Shown here one piece after another: positions 48,855 through 58,053 of a stretch of 64,000 nt of DNA; positions within the stretch are counted from its first letter, which is position 1; each line of letters starts with the position of its first letter. Source of the stretch: an uncultured Candidatus Saccharibacteria bacterium (GTDB lineage: Bacteria; Patescibacteriota; Minisyncoccia; Phycocordibacterales; UBA9973); the NCBI GenBank assembly GCA_964469225.1, contig CAYXYC010000001.1, positions 27,556 through 91,555 on the forward strand, given 5' to 3'. Below the pieces are notes generated by a model that had not been told where the DNA came from, made no database searches, and saw only the letters and a program-made list of their open reading frames with translations. The position numbers were made by a program, and so were the translations under genes.

Positions 48855-49523
48855 GTGCAAACTTTCATTATGGGGATTTATCCACTCTTCTTGGTCAGTT
48901 TTGAATGTAGAAGTTATATACCTCGAAAATCATTCAAATGGCTTATGGAACATAGTAATATTTCATGGAACCTGACGGATCACTCTGTGGTGGAAAATCA
49001 GTTGCTTTTTTTGCAAAGTAACTCCGAAGAAAGCATGTTTGTAACCACTCTAAAGGAGATTTGGCCAGAGAAGGATATTGCGGATTTGTTACCGGAAAAC
49101 AAAGTTCAACCTGAAGAGTTTTTTGCTCTTGTGGATGACTGTAAAGAAAAATGGGTTAGCTATAAAATCTTATGCGATACTCAGGAAGTGAATAATTTCT
49201 TAATTGGCTTAGTTGCACCTTTAAAATTATCCCCATTCGCAAACCTGTTAAAGTTAATCAAATCCAAAATTGACTTATCTGGCTTTACGAAACATCTTTC
49301 AAAGGTGGCGTCCGAACTCAATAGTGGTACTCCGGATCTTAGCAATAGATTAAGTGAAATTTTCCTTGTCGGAAAATCAATAAGTTTAGATGGCAAACTT
49401 CCATTTACTGTAACAGATACTCAAGCGGTGACCTTACTGGAATCTAATCCTGCCAATAAATTTACTGATTTACTTTTGTGCGTCATTATGGCATCAAAGA
49501 AATCAAAGGCATCCACATTCTGA
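48855..49523 (+). CDS. cargo hypothetical protein
   Basis: 222-aa ORF with no motif recognised; preceded by a TATAAT-like box and two hairpins. Confidence 0.35.
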   Translation: MQTFIMGIYPLFLVSFECRSYIPRKSFKWLMEHSNISWNLTDHSVVENQLLFLQSNSEESMFVTTLKEIWPEKDIADLLPENKVQPEEFFALVDDCKEKWVSYKILCDTQEVNNFLIGLVAPLKLSPFANLLKLIKSKIDLSGFTKHLSKVASELNSGTPDLSNRLSEIFLVGKSISLDGKLPFTVTDTQAVTLLESNPANKFTDLLLCVIMASKKSKASTF

Positions 49524-49621
49524 ATAACCTCATACTCTCTGCCAACTACTCCCAGTACCGTATCGGTAAGGGGAGGGAATTACACTTGGAGCTAGTAAAA
49601 TTGTTTTTGGAATCTTTTAAG

Positions 49622-49670
49622 TTCACAATATAAAAAGCTGAACTTCGGTTCGGCTTTTTATATTGTGGAA
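49622..49670. repeat. long perfect hairpin (17-bp stem extended by a 5-bp inner stem around a UUCG loop)
   Basis: ttcacaatataaaaagcTGAAC-ttcg-GTTCGgctttttatattgtgga. Confidence 0.6.
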
Positions 49671-50044
49671 ACGCGCGAGTAAACTACTTTACTCGCGCGC
49701 AGGAATCGAAAAGCTTTTCCATGTTTGCGATAGCAAACGGAAAAGGTGTACTGTTCGTGTAACGAAAGATTGTCCTGCCGGGATCACAAAGCATGTATTT
49801 TAAAATAGTCCCCTGCGGGACTATTTTTGCTTTGTGATGACCGCAGTGGTGTTTTGCCAGTAGGCAAAACCACGAGGGGCGGGCTGCGAAAATTTCGAAC
49901 GGCGGTGAGAAATTATTTGTAGCCACAAGTAAATATTTCGAGCAAGCAAACTGCTTTGCTTGCGTGCAGGAATCGAAAGACTGGTGTTGTTTTGATTACA
50001 AAACCACCAATCACGCGCCGTAGGCGAGATTACCCTGCCGAGGT

Positions 50045-50620
50045 TTAATTTACCTTATCTACCTCCTCCAACAACTCTGGGAATTCTTCTGTTCCCATAT
50101 CTTCAAAACAGAAATGCCCCATTTTTTCAAATGATACAACGCGTGCATCTTTTATTTTTTCTGTAAGAATTTTCACGCTCTCTTGTACATCTGCCATATC
50201 ATCGGTAGAACTGAAAATAGTAATACCTTTTGTTTTTGAAATAATATTTTCATCAATACCAAACTCAAACATTTTGCTTTGAAGTGAATGTGTTGGATCA
50301 ATCCATGGCGCAACGAGAATTACTTTGCCGACATGAATATCATGTTCGCTCAAATACCTGACAATAAATCCAGCCCCACACGAATGCCCGATGAGAATTG
50401 TTTCTGTGTCGAGTGGGAAATATTCAAATACCTGTTTCCATGCATCGTAATCAGGTGCATACGGATGAGGCATCTCCGGTGTCTGTGCGAGAATATCCTT
50501 GACTATGAGTTGTCGTTGTATCCAGGGAAGCCAGTGGGAGTTTGATGCGGCGCCGTTTCGGGCATCACGGTGTTCATTTTCGCTATCCCACATTCCATGA
50601 ATAATGATTGCTGTTTTCAT
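50045..50620 (-). CDS. alpha/beta-hydrolase-fold serine hydrolase (YdeN/RBBP9-like)
   Basis: GHSCGAG (GxSxG nucleophile elbow); 191 aa. Confidence 0.6.
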   Translation of the reverse strand: MKTAIIIHGMWDSENEHRDARNGAASNSHWLPWIQRQLIVKDILAQTPEMPHPYAPDYDAWKQVFEYFPLDTETILIGHSCGAGFIVRYLSEHDIHVGKVILVAPWIDPTHSLQSKMFEFGIDENIISKTKGITIFSSTDDMADVQESVKILTEKIKDARVVSFEKMGHFCFEDMGTEEFPELLEEVDKVN

Positions 50621-50625
50621 ACAAA

Positions 50626-51099
50626 TTAGAATCCCAGTTTTTCCATGAAGACAACTGATGGTGATTCATCAAGTTCATCCATAACAGTCAAAACTTTACT
50701 GAGTGATTCTTTAACATCCTGTTCAATATCTTGGGAAAGGGGAATGGTAAATGTTGGGAGAAATTTTTGACCAGTACGAATGAGAAGTTTACTGCCAGTA
50801 TCTGTTTTCTTTATTCGGAAGCCTTTCATTTTCTTCCACTCATGCTTTTCGTTGCCAATTGTGAATCCATCGGTTTCGATAGTGATTGTTATATCTCGTG
50901 GACGGCGAATATTGAAAAGAATGATTGATGCTCCACCAACAAGAATAAATACAGCAAACATATAATTACCAATAAAAATTGCCCCAACAGCAAATAGAAA
51001 GGCAACAATTCCTACACCCCAAAACCAATCAACGCTTCGCTCGATGTGATTGTATTCTGGAAAACTCCATGATGTTGTTTTGAGAATGATTTCGTCCAT
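50626..51099 (-). CDS. membrane protein with bacterial PH-like domain (YdbS/YdbT-like)
   Basis: Two-TM hairpin VGIVAFLFAVGAIFIGNYMFAVFILVGGASIILF, then a beta-rich domain. Confidence 0.45.
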   Translation of the reverse strand: MDEIILKTTSWSFPEYNHIERSVDWFWGVGIVAFLFAVGAIFIGNYMFAVFILVGGASIILFNIRRPRDITITIETDGFTIGNEKHEWKKMKGFRIKKTDTGSKLLIRTGQKFLPTFTIPLSQDIEQDVKESLSKVLTVMDELDESPSVVFMEKLGF

Positions 51100-51171
51100 A
51101 AGGATAGTATATCACCATCATTATAACAAAACACCTCCGACGATAATCGTCGGAGGTGTTTTTGAGGAAGC

Positions 51172-51987
51172 TTATTTCTTGATAACTGCTTGGAGGTCTG
51201 TTCGAGCCTTTGCAACAGCATCTTTGAATGCTTGTTCAGCAGACTTGATTGCAGTCTCGCGAGCCTTTTTCAATTCTGCGAGAGCTGGATTCTTGTCGCT
51301 GTTCTTTCTTGATTCTTGTAATGCTTTGCGGGCAGTATTTACAGTCTTGTTAAATGTTGCCTGTGCATTCTTACTTGAAACACCAGCGGCACAATCTGCC
51401 TTTGCTTTGGCAACCGCAGAATCAACAGTTGTTTTGAATGTTGCTATACCAGCATCAACAGTACTTGCGTGGTTTGCCATAAGGGCTACAAGTCCATCAC
51501 GGTAAACTTTGACGGCAGCATCAACTGCTGTTTGGCGAGCAGTAACTGCAGACTGGACTGCTGTTTTGTAAGTAGTGATAGCAGTTTTCTGTTCGTCAGT
51601 TTTTGCTTTTCCTGCCATTTTATCCCAATTCTCTGCTCGTTTGCCTTCTGATTTTGTGCGAGCTTCGGCGCGCTTTGCATCTATTTCACCTTCTTTCTTT
51701 GCAAGTTTTTCTGATTTTTCTGCAAGTTGTTTTGCTTGGCGAGCTTCAACAGCATTTACTTGGTCAGCAAATTTTGTTGATGCCTCACCGATACGAGCAC
51801 AGAAATTTGCGTTTGCCTTCTTTAATCCTGTGTCCTTGTCTTCAACTTTTGTTGGAGCAAGTGGATCAACGACAGGTCTTCCTTCTTCTGCGAATGCGAG
51901 CACTGGAAGCATTGTGAAAAGTGTTAAAACTCCCGCAACGCCCTTTTTAAAATTAGAATATATCATCTTGTTGTGTGACCAATTCAT
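51172..51987 (-). CDS. secreted Ala/Lys-rich coiled-coil protein
   Basis: Signal-like VAGVLTLFTMLPVLAFA, then an A/K/T-rich repetitive sequence. Start may be the internal MIYSNFKK; a bidirectional terminator lies downstream at 51129-51163. Confidence 0.5.
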   Translation of the reverse strand: MNWSHNKMIYSNFKKGVAGVLTLFTMLPVLAFAEEGRPVVDPLAPTKVEDKDTGLKKANANFCARIGEASTKFADQVNAVEARQAKQLAEKSEKLAKKEGEIDAKRAEARTKSEGKRAENWDKMAGKAKTDEQKTAITTYKTAVQSAVTARQTAVDAAVKVYRDGLVALMANHASTVDAGIATFKTTVDSAVAKAKADCAAGVSSKNAQATFNKTVNTARKALQESRKNSDKNPALAELKKARETAIKSAEQAFKDAVAKARTDLQAVIKK

Positions 51988-52381
51988 CCATATTAGGAGA
52001 ATTAAGGTCGGTTATTAATAATTCTTCATCCATAATACTTTCATCTTCAATGGTTTGGTTCTCAACTGCAAGATCCATAATGACTTCGTCATAAGGCTTG
52101 CGGCTTGATAGAGAGAACGCGCCGATGAAAATAAGAAGTAGAAAGGTTGGAACCAATATTATGTTTCTTGTTTTCCATGCCATAGTAATTTCTTGTATAG
52201 TCTGGTTAATAATGTTCGACGCCCTTCTAATAGTATAACGCACGAGAATCGGTTTTGTGACTGTGGACTGCGAAAGTCCTTGTAGTGTGTGCCAAAAACG
52301 CATCCGATCTGGCGTCTCGTCGGTTTTGAAACTTTTCTCTATGTATATTTCGAATTCGTTATCAGTCATTTGTTTTTTCAT
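51953..52381 (-). CDS. putative anti-sigma factor (single-TM) coupled to the ECF sigma factor
   Basis: Start ATGs at 52381 or 52369 overlap the sigma-factor stop (ATGACTGA); single TM NIILVPTFLLLIFIGAF. Confidence 0.45.
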   Translation of the reverse strand: MKKQMTDNEFEIYIEKSFKTDETPDRMRFWHTLQGLSQSTVTKPILVRYTIRRASNIINQTIQEITMAWKTRNIILVPTFLLLIFIGAFSLSSRKPYDEVIMDLAVENQTIEDESIMDEELLITDLNSPNMDELVTQQDDIF

Positions 52382-52928
52382 AAAGTGTTCGTAATTTTTT
52401 GATCGCCCGTGAATGCGTTTGCCTGATCGCATCTTCTTTTTTACGGGTGATATCAGCAATTTCTCTATAAGAAAGGTTGTTTGTATAGAGTAGTGTGAGA
52501 ATTTCTTGTTGTTCTTCTGAAAGGTTTTTAATTAGCGTCTTAATATTTTGAATTGTTTCAGGGTCTTCTTCTACTGTCGCCTGTGATTCATATTCTATTT
52601 GATAAGTAACTACTTCATCAGAAATAATTTCCTGATGTGATTTTTTACGAAAAGTATCAATTATTATATTTCGCGCGCTGTGAAAGAAAAATGCTGTTGG
52701 TGATGTGTGTGATTCGTTCCATTCGGGCAATATTTTCCATACACGCATGAATACTGTTTGCGTAATATCCTCGGCATCTTGTTTGTTGCGTAGTCGGCTG
52801 TATATATAGCGGAATATCGGAGTATAGAGGTCGCGATATACTTCCTCAAATGCGTTCTCATCACCAGCCTTGGCTCGGAGGATTTTCTGGCGAATGTCTT
52901 CTTCTTGGTATGAGTAATTGCTGTTCAT
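52362..52928 (-). CDS. ECF-type RNA polymerase sigma factor (sigma-70 region 2 and 4)
   Basis: Region 2 ...DAEDITQTVFMRVWK..., region 4 ...LSYREIADITRKKEDAIRQTHSRAIKKLR. Confidence 0.75.
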   Translation of the reverse strand: MNSNYSYQEEDIRQKILRAKAGDENAFEEVYRDLYTPIFRYIYSRLRNKQDAEDITQTVFMRVWKILPEWNESHTSPTAFFFHSARNIIIDTFRKKSHQEIISDEVVTYQIEYESQATVEEDPETIQNIKTLIKNLSEEQQEILTLLYTNNLSYREIADITRKKEDAIRQTHSRAIKKLRTLYEKTND

Positions 52929-52974
52929 ATATATAACGAATGATACAGCGTTTTGTGACAGAGGGCTATGCTCA

Positions 52975-54132
52975 CTATTTTTGTGCTACGACTGCATTGT
53001 AAACCGCTGTTTTTACTTCTTCATCAAACATACTTGGAATAATACGGTCTTTGGTTGGGTTTTGTATTGTGTTTGCGAGAGCAACGGCAACAGCAATAAA
53101 AATATCATTGTGAAATTGCGGAATATTGTAATCAAGCATTGCCTTGAAAAGGTGAGGGAAGACAAGCGAATTATTTATTTGATTTGGAAAATCCGAACGA
53201 CCTGTTGCGACAATAAATGCCCCAGCGGAGTGTGCTTCGTCGGGTAGGATTTCAGGTGTTGGATTGGCGAGCGCAAAAATAATTGGTTTTTCGTTCATTT
53301 TTTGAATCATGTCTTTTGTGAGAACTCCTGGTTTTGAAAGTCCAATAAAGACATCAGCTCCAATAAGTGCGCCAGAAAGAACACCCTCGTTTCTCTCTAT
53401 TGTGCTTCCGTTTAGTAATTCTATTTTTTCTTTTGTTAAATCATTTCGGTTTTTGTGGATGATACCCTTGCTGTCACAGAAAATTGTTTTTGTTATTCCG
53501 TATGCGTGAAGAAGTCGTCCTGTCGCAACACCAGCTGCACCAACGCCAGATAGAACAATAACCACTTCTTCTTTTTTTGTTCCACGAAGACGAAGCGCAT
53601 TGATGAGTGCTCCGAGGGCAACAGTTGCCGCGCCCCACTGATCATCGTGCATAACAGGAATTGAAAGTTCTGTGCGGAGGCGTTCTTCGATTTCGAAACA
53701 GCGTGGAGCAGAAATATCTTCGAGATTAATACCGCCGAAGACGGGCGCAATTTGTTTGACCGCTTTTATTATTTCTTCGGTATCTTGTGTGTCCAAGCAA
53801 ATAGGAAAGGCATCCACTTCACCGAATTGTTTGAAAATCGCTGCCTTGCCTTCCATGACAGGAATTGCGGCGAGTGGCCCTAGATTTCCGAGTCCAAGGA
53901 TTGCTGAACCATCTGAAACAACAGCAACCATATTTCGTTTGATAGTATAGTCGCGTGCAGTTTTTGGATTCTCGGCAATTACTTCACATACTCCAGCAAC
54001 TCCGGGGGTGTATGCGAGTGAAAGTTCTGCGCGATTAGTGAGAGGGATAGTTGGATTAACAGAGAGTTTGCCGTGATGTGTTTTGTGAAGTTCTTTTGAT
54101 TGTTCGTACAGTGGATTCATAGGTTCAAGCAT
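52975..54132 (-). CDS. NAD(P)-dependent malic enzyme
   Basis: Malic-enzyme signature ...LAYTPGVAGVCE...; Rossmann GVGAAG. Confidence 0.75.
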   Translation of the reverse strand: MLEPMNPLYEQSKELHKTHHGKLSVNPTIPLTNRAELSLAYTPGVAGVCEVIAENPKTARDYTIKRNMVAVVSDGSAILGLGNLGPLAAIPVMEGKAAIFKQFGEVDAFPICLDTQDTEEIIKAVKQIAPVFGGINLEDISAPRCFEIEERLRTELSIPVMHDDQWGAATVALGALINALRLRGTKKEEVVIVLSGVGAAGVATGRLLHAYGITKTIFCDSKGIIHKNRNDLTKEKIELLNGSTIERNEGVLSGALIGADVFIGLSKPGVLTKDMIQKMNEKPIIFALANPTPEILPDEAHSAGAFIVATGRSDFPNQINNSLVFPHLFKAMLDYNIPQFHNDIFIAVAVALANTIQNPTKDRIIPSMFDEEVKTAVYNAVVAQK

Positions 54133-54395
54133 AGCATGATTGGGTGGGGGGAGGAAAAGAGAGAAAAGTAAATAATTTTAGGTGCAAAATTTTATTTTGG
54201 CGGAGGCGGTGAGATTCGGTCACGAATCACTAAGTATTTTATTTCGTTCTACTCATAAAATACAAAGTGTTCGCGACCCCGGCTCGACGACACCGACTAA
54301 TGTCGGCGTATACCGTCTGCGCCTTTCGAATCTCACAAGCATCCCTCAATGATAACAAAAAATAACTGGGCGAACCCAGTCATTTTTTGTCATTG

Positions 54396-54482
54396 CGGAG
54401 GCGGTGAGATTCGAACTCACGAGGAGCTTTCACCCCTGACAGTTTTCAAGACTGTTCCTTTCAACCACTCAGGCACGCCTCC
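54396..54482 (-). tRNA. tRNA-Ser (anticodon TGA), type II with long variable arm
   Basis: Reverse complement GGAGGCGTGCCTGAGTGGTTGAAAGGAACAGTCTTGAAAACTGTCAGGGGTGAAAGCTCCTCGTGAGTTCGAATCTCACCGCCTCCG. Confidence 0.8.
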
Positions 54483-54654
54483 AATTTTTATTTAATTTTT
54501 CTATCGAAAGCGTGCCTTCGTGTCCTCTCGGACCCTTCCTTAGAACTTGCTCGCTTCGCTCGCATCAGTTCTTTCTGATAGTAATCAGAACCATATAAAA
54601 TGTAAAGCAGTTCACATTTTATAGGCACGCCTCCTTATTATTTTAGCCAACTTT

Positions 54655-54882
54655 TTATAATTTTGTTTTAAACGCTTGAAAGAAATCCTTCGGCGTTTTC
54701 TTGGCTATGTAGAAAATATAGAAGATATCCAAAAGGGCAAAAGTATTGAGTAGAACGAGAGCAATAAACCATCGCTTATGATGAAGTTTCGCTGCTGTCC
54801 AAAGTGAGTATGCTTTCCATGGGAGAACCCATACGAGCGATATAATCACAAGCCAAATATTACCAGTGGATAGTGCTTCCAT
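54655..54882 (-). CDS. small two-TM membrane protein
   Basis: 75 aa with two hydrophobic helices. Confidence 0.35.
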   Translation of the reverse strand: MEALSTGNIWLVIISLVWVLPWKAYSLWTAAKLHHKRWFIALVLLNTFALLDIFYIFYIAKKTPKDFFQAFKTKL

Positions 54883-54959
54883 GCGGGCATCATACCAGAA
54901 ATACTTGTTGAGGGCAATTGATATACATAGTATTAAGTATTTGGTATAAAGTATATAGT

Positions 54960-55379
54960 ATGAAATATTTAGGGATAGACTATGGAAGTAAACGGGTAGG
55001 TCTTGCCCTCTCGGATGAGAGCGGAATGCTTGCTTTTCCGTACAAGATTTTAAAAAATGACATGGCGCTTGTTGAAATGATTCATAATATCTGCGGAGAA
55101 GAGAATATTTCTGCTATTGTCCTTGGTGAGTCACATGATCTCTCAGGGGAACCAAACAAAATAATGGGAAGCATTGAAGAGTTTAAGAGAAATATTGAAA
55201 CAGAACTTGATCTGCCTGTTTACTTCCAAAAAGAATTTATGACAAGTATTGAAGCTCGTGGCAGAGTCGGCAAAGAGAGAAACAATGCTCGACAAGTTCA
55301 GAAAGAAAAGCAGGGTGCAGTTGATGCATCAGCTGCCGCACTCATATTACAAAGATATTTGGATAAGAAGAATAATTAA
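54960..55379 (+). CDS. ruvX: RuvX/YqgF Holliday-junction-resolvase-like putative pre-16S rRNA nuclease
   Basis: MKYLGIDYGSKRVGLALSDE N-terminus; start at M15 of the ORF-track ORF. Confidence 0.8.
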   Translation: MKYLGIDYGSKRVGLALSDESGMLAFPYKILKNDMALVEMIHNICGEENISAIVLGESHDLSGEPNKIMGSIEEFKRNIETELDLPVYFQKEFMTSIEARGRVGKERNNARQVQKEKQGAVDASAAALILQRYLDKKNN

Positions 55380-55387
55380 TAAATATT

Positions 55388-55741
55388 ATGGAATACATAA
55401 CCTACGACGAATTTAAGAAAATGGATATTCGAGTTGGTACTATTCGAGAAATTGAACCCGTACCTGAAACCGACAAATTACTTCGCTGTCAGATTGATTT
55501 CGGTGAAGTAGATGAAGAGGGAAAAAATAAACTTCGCCAAATTGTTTCAGGTATTAGAGAATATTACCCAGAATATGAAAAATTAATCGGTAAACAAGTG
55601 CTCTATATTGTGAATCTTGAACCGCGAACAATCAAAGGGTTTGAGAGTCATGGAATGCTCATGGCGGTTGATGGACAAGATGGTAATCCAGTATTTCTCG
55701 TTCCAGATCGTGAAGTACCGCCTGGAAGTAGTGTCCACTAG
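55388..55741 (+). CDS. tRNA-binding domain protein (CsaA/Trbp111/Myf-like)
   Basis: 117-aa OB-fold tRNA-binding domain pattern (...LLRCQIDFGE...IVNLEPRTIKGFESHGMLMA...). Confidence 0.6.
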   Translation: MEYITYDEFKKMDIRVGTIREIEPVPETDKLLRCQIDFGEVDEEGKNKLRQIVSGIREYYPEYEKLIGKQVLYIVNLEPRTIKGFESHGMLMAVDGQDGNPVFLVPDREVPPGSSVH

Positions 55742-55791
55742 TGGTTTTCTGTTTTTAAATTTATAAACTTTATAACTTCAAAAAATAATTT

Positions 55792-56403
55792 ATGCTTGAC
55801 CCCGTTAATATTATTACAACCGCAGGGCTACTTGGTGTAGCGCTCGTTGTATTTACTGAGTCGGCATTTTTCTTCGGTTTCTTTTTGCCGGGGGACACGC
55901 TTCTCTTTGCTTCTGGTATTTTTGCATTGCAAGGATTTTTTCCGCTCTGGCTTATTATTCTCTGTATTGCATCTGCGTCAATTCTTGGAAATAGTGTTGG
56001 ATATTGGACTGGCAAAAAAATAGGAAGAAAATTTTTTGAACGCGAGGCATCACTTTTCTTTAATAAAAAACGCATCTATGATGCTGAACATTTTTACGAG
56101 CGTCACGGCGCAATTACTATTGTTATCGCACGATTCATTCCGATTGTTCGAACATTCGCACCGATTATTGCTGGTGTGGGACAAATGAAAAAGATAACAT
56201 TTGTTATTTTTAATATCATTGGAGGATTTCTCTGGGCAATTGTTGTTCCGTCGATTGGTTATTATTTCGGTTCACTCATTCCGAATCCTGATCGTTTTCT
56301 GTTGCCAATTGTGCTTCTTGTTGTTGGTATTTCAATTCTTCCTGTTTTATTTAATGCCTCTCGTCATTTAATTTTACGAAGAAGACATTCTCATCACGAG
56401 TAA
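55792..56403 (+). CDS. DedA/SNARE-associated family membrane protein
   Basis: FFGFFLPGDTLLFASG and related DedA motifs; multi-TM. Confidence 0.7.
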   Translation: MLDPVNIITTAGLLGVALVVFTESAFFFGFFLPGDTLLFASGIFALQGFFPLWLIILCIASASILGNSVGYWTGKKIGRKFFEREASLFFNKKRIYDAEHFYERHGAITIVIARFIPIVRTFAPIIAGVGQMKKITFVIFNIIGGFLWAIVVPSIGYYFGSLIPNPDRFLLPIVLLVVGISILPVLFNASRHLILRRRHSHHE

Positions 56404-56443
56404 TATTTCTTTTATTTGAAATCAGGGAAGGGTATAATAAGGT

Positions 56444-57523
56444 ATGCTTCCACTTCCGTATAGTCGCTCATTTCCAACACCAGCATTTCTTGCTCGGCAT
56501 TCTTTCGCTCTTGATATTTCTGACCAGTCAATAAAATACGGCGAACTTGTAATGTCTCCTTATGGTCTTCATCTTGGTCGTTTCGGCAAAGAAAAAATTG
56601 CCCCTGGTGTCATTATGTCAGGAAAAATAGAAGAGGAAGAAGCATTGATTGAAATTCTTCGCAGTCTTCGCCTTCGTGAAAATATGCATTTTGTTCGTGT
56701 ATCTTTACCAGAAGAACAAATGTATCTATTTACTCTTTCGTTGCCACAAGTCAAAGATGTAAATCTTCGCGACGCAATTATGCTTCAGCTCGAAGAGCAT
56801 ATCCCAATTCCAGCCATCGAAACAACATTTGATTACAAGGTCATCTCTGAAACAGAAACAACTATTTTTGTTTCTGTTGTGGCTATTGCGAATGCAGTTG
56901 TTGAAAGTTACCTTTCTGTATTTCATCGAGCGGGGCTTGTTCCGCTTTCTTTTGAACTTGAAGCTGAAGCAATTGCCCGTGCTGTTGTTCCTTTTGATGA
57001 TCCGTCACCAGTAATGATTATTGACCTTGGCCAATCAAAAACAGGTGTTTTGATCGCTGAGCGTGGAAATGTTTTGTTTACAACAACACTTGATATCGGT
57101 GGAGCAACACTGACAAATATGATTGCTAAAAATTTCGGTATTTCATCTGATGAAGCTGAAAAAATGAAGCGGTCTTATGGAATAGACGAAGCGAATGAAA
57201 AGAATGATATTTTTCCTGTGATTGCAAACGGAATTTCAGTTCTTCATGATGAAATAAACAAGCATTATATTTATTGGCAGACGCACAGTGAAAATGGTGA
57301 ACATAGAAATCCAATCAACAATATCTTGCTTTGTGGAGAAGGGTCGAATCTCTCTGGCATTGAAGAATACTTACAAGCAAGTATGATGATGAAAGTAACT
57401 CATGCTCATCCTTGGGTTAATATTTCACATATGGATATTACAGTTCCAGATATTTCTTTTGAGGAGTCGCTTGGGTATGTAACAGTGCTTGGTTTATCTC
57501 TTGGTGATTATCACTATGATTAA
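56444..57523 (+). CDS. pilM: type IV pilus assembly protein PilM (actin-like ATPase fold)
   Basis: SFALDISDQSIKYGEL N-terminus and IIDLGQSKTGVLIAERG...LDIGGATLT actin-fold motifs. Confidence 0.7.
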   Translation: MLPLPYSRSFPTPAFLARHSFALDISDQSIKYGELVMSPYGLHLGRFGKEKIAPGVIMSGKIEEEEALIEILRSLRLRENMHFVRVSLPEEQMYLFTLSLPQVKDVNLRDAIMLQLEEHIPIPAIETTFDYKVISETETTIFVSVVAIANAVVESYLSVFHRAGLVPLSFELEAEAIARAVVPFDDPSPVMIIDLGQSKTGVLIAERGNVLFTTTLDIGGATLTNMIAKNFGISSDEAEKMKRSYGIDEANEKNDIFPVIANGISVLHDEINKHYIYWQTHSENGEHRNPINNILLCGEGSNLSGIEEYLQASMMMKVTHAHPWVNISHMDITVPDISFEESLGYVTVLGLSLGDYHYD

Positions 57524-58052
57524 TGTATTACCACAATCTGAAAAGGATAGCCTAACCCGAGATTATTGGATGCGTTTTGGGAGCGTTGTGTTTTTTCTTG
57601 CAACATTGAGTGCAGTCTTTTCGATTATTCTTCTTGTTCCTTCATATTTCTTCTCTGTTTCAAAATTATCACTTGCAGGAGAGCGTCTTTTTGTGTGGAA
57701 CGAATCTCATAAAATGATAAATGCTGATACAACCCATAGCGTTATTGATGATACAAATCAGAAACTTGGATTATTGAACACAGCGTCGGTTCGTCAGATT
57801 ACAAAGGAGGCGCTCGTTCCAATTCTCTCACTTCGACCATCGGGTGTGACATTTTCTCAAATCCTCTATGGTAATCAGGGGGAAGGGTTAAAAAAGATAG
57901 AGATTCATGGTAGTGCTTCCGATAGAACGACTCTCCGTACTTTCCAAAGCTCGCTTGATAAAAGTGGAAGATTTTCTTCGGTAGATATTCCGCTCTCAAG
58001 TTTTTTAGGAAAGAAAGATATTCAATTTACTGCATCCCTTACTCTTAAATAA
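57516..58052 (+). CDS. pilN: type IV pilus assembly protein PilN-like (bitopic)
   Basis: Start overlaps the pilM stop; single TM FGSVVFFLATLSAVFSIILLV then a periplasmic domain. Confidence 0.55.
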   Translation: MINVLPQSEKDSLTRDYWMRFGSVVFFLATLSAVFSIILLVPSYFFSVSKLSLAGERLFVWNESHKMINADTTHSVIDDTNQKLGLLNTASVRQITKEALVPILSLRPSGVTFSQILYGNQGEGLKKIEIHGSASDRTTLRTFQSSLDKSGRFSSVDIPLSSFLGKKDIQFTASLTLK

Positions 58053-58053
58053 T

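Larger units (their letters stand above)
45678..49787. mobile_element. ~4.1-kb integrative element inserted at the 3' end of tRNA-Arg, bounded by a 15-bp direct repeat
   Basis: tcctgccgggatcac at 45678-45692 (tRNA 3' end, attL) and again at 49773-49787 (attR). Contains a serine recombinase and two cargo ORFs. Confidence 0.65.
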
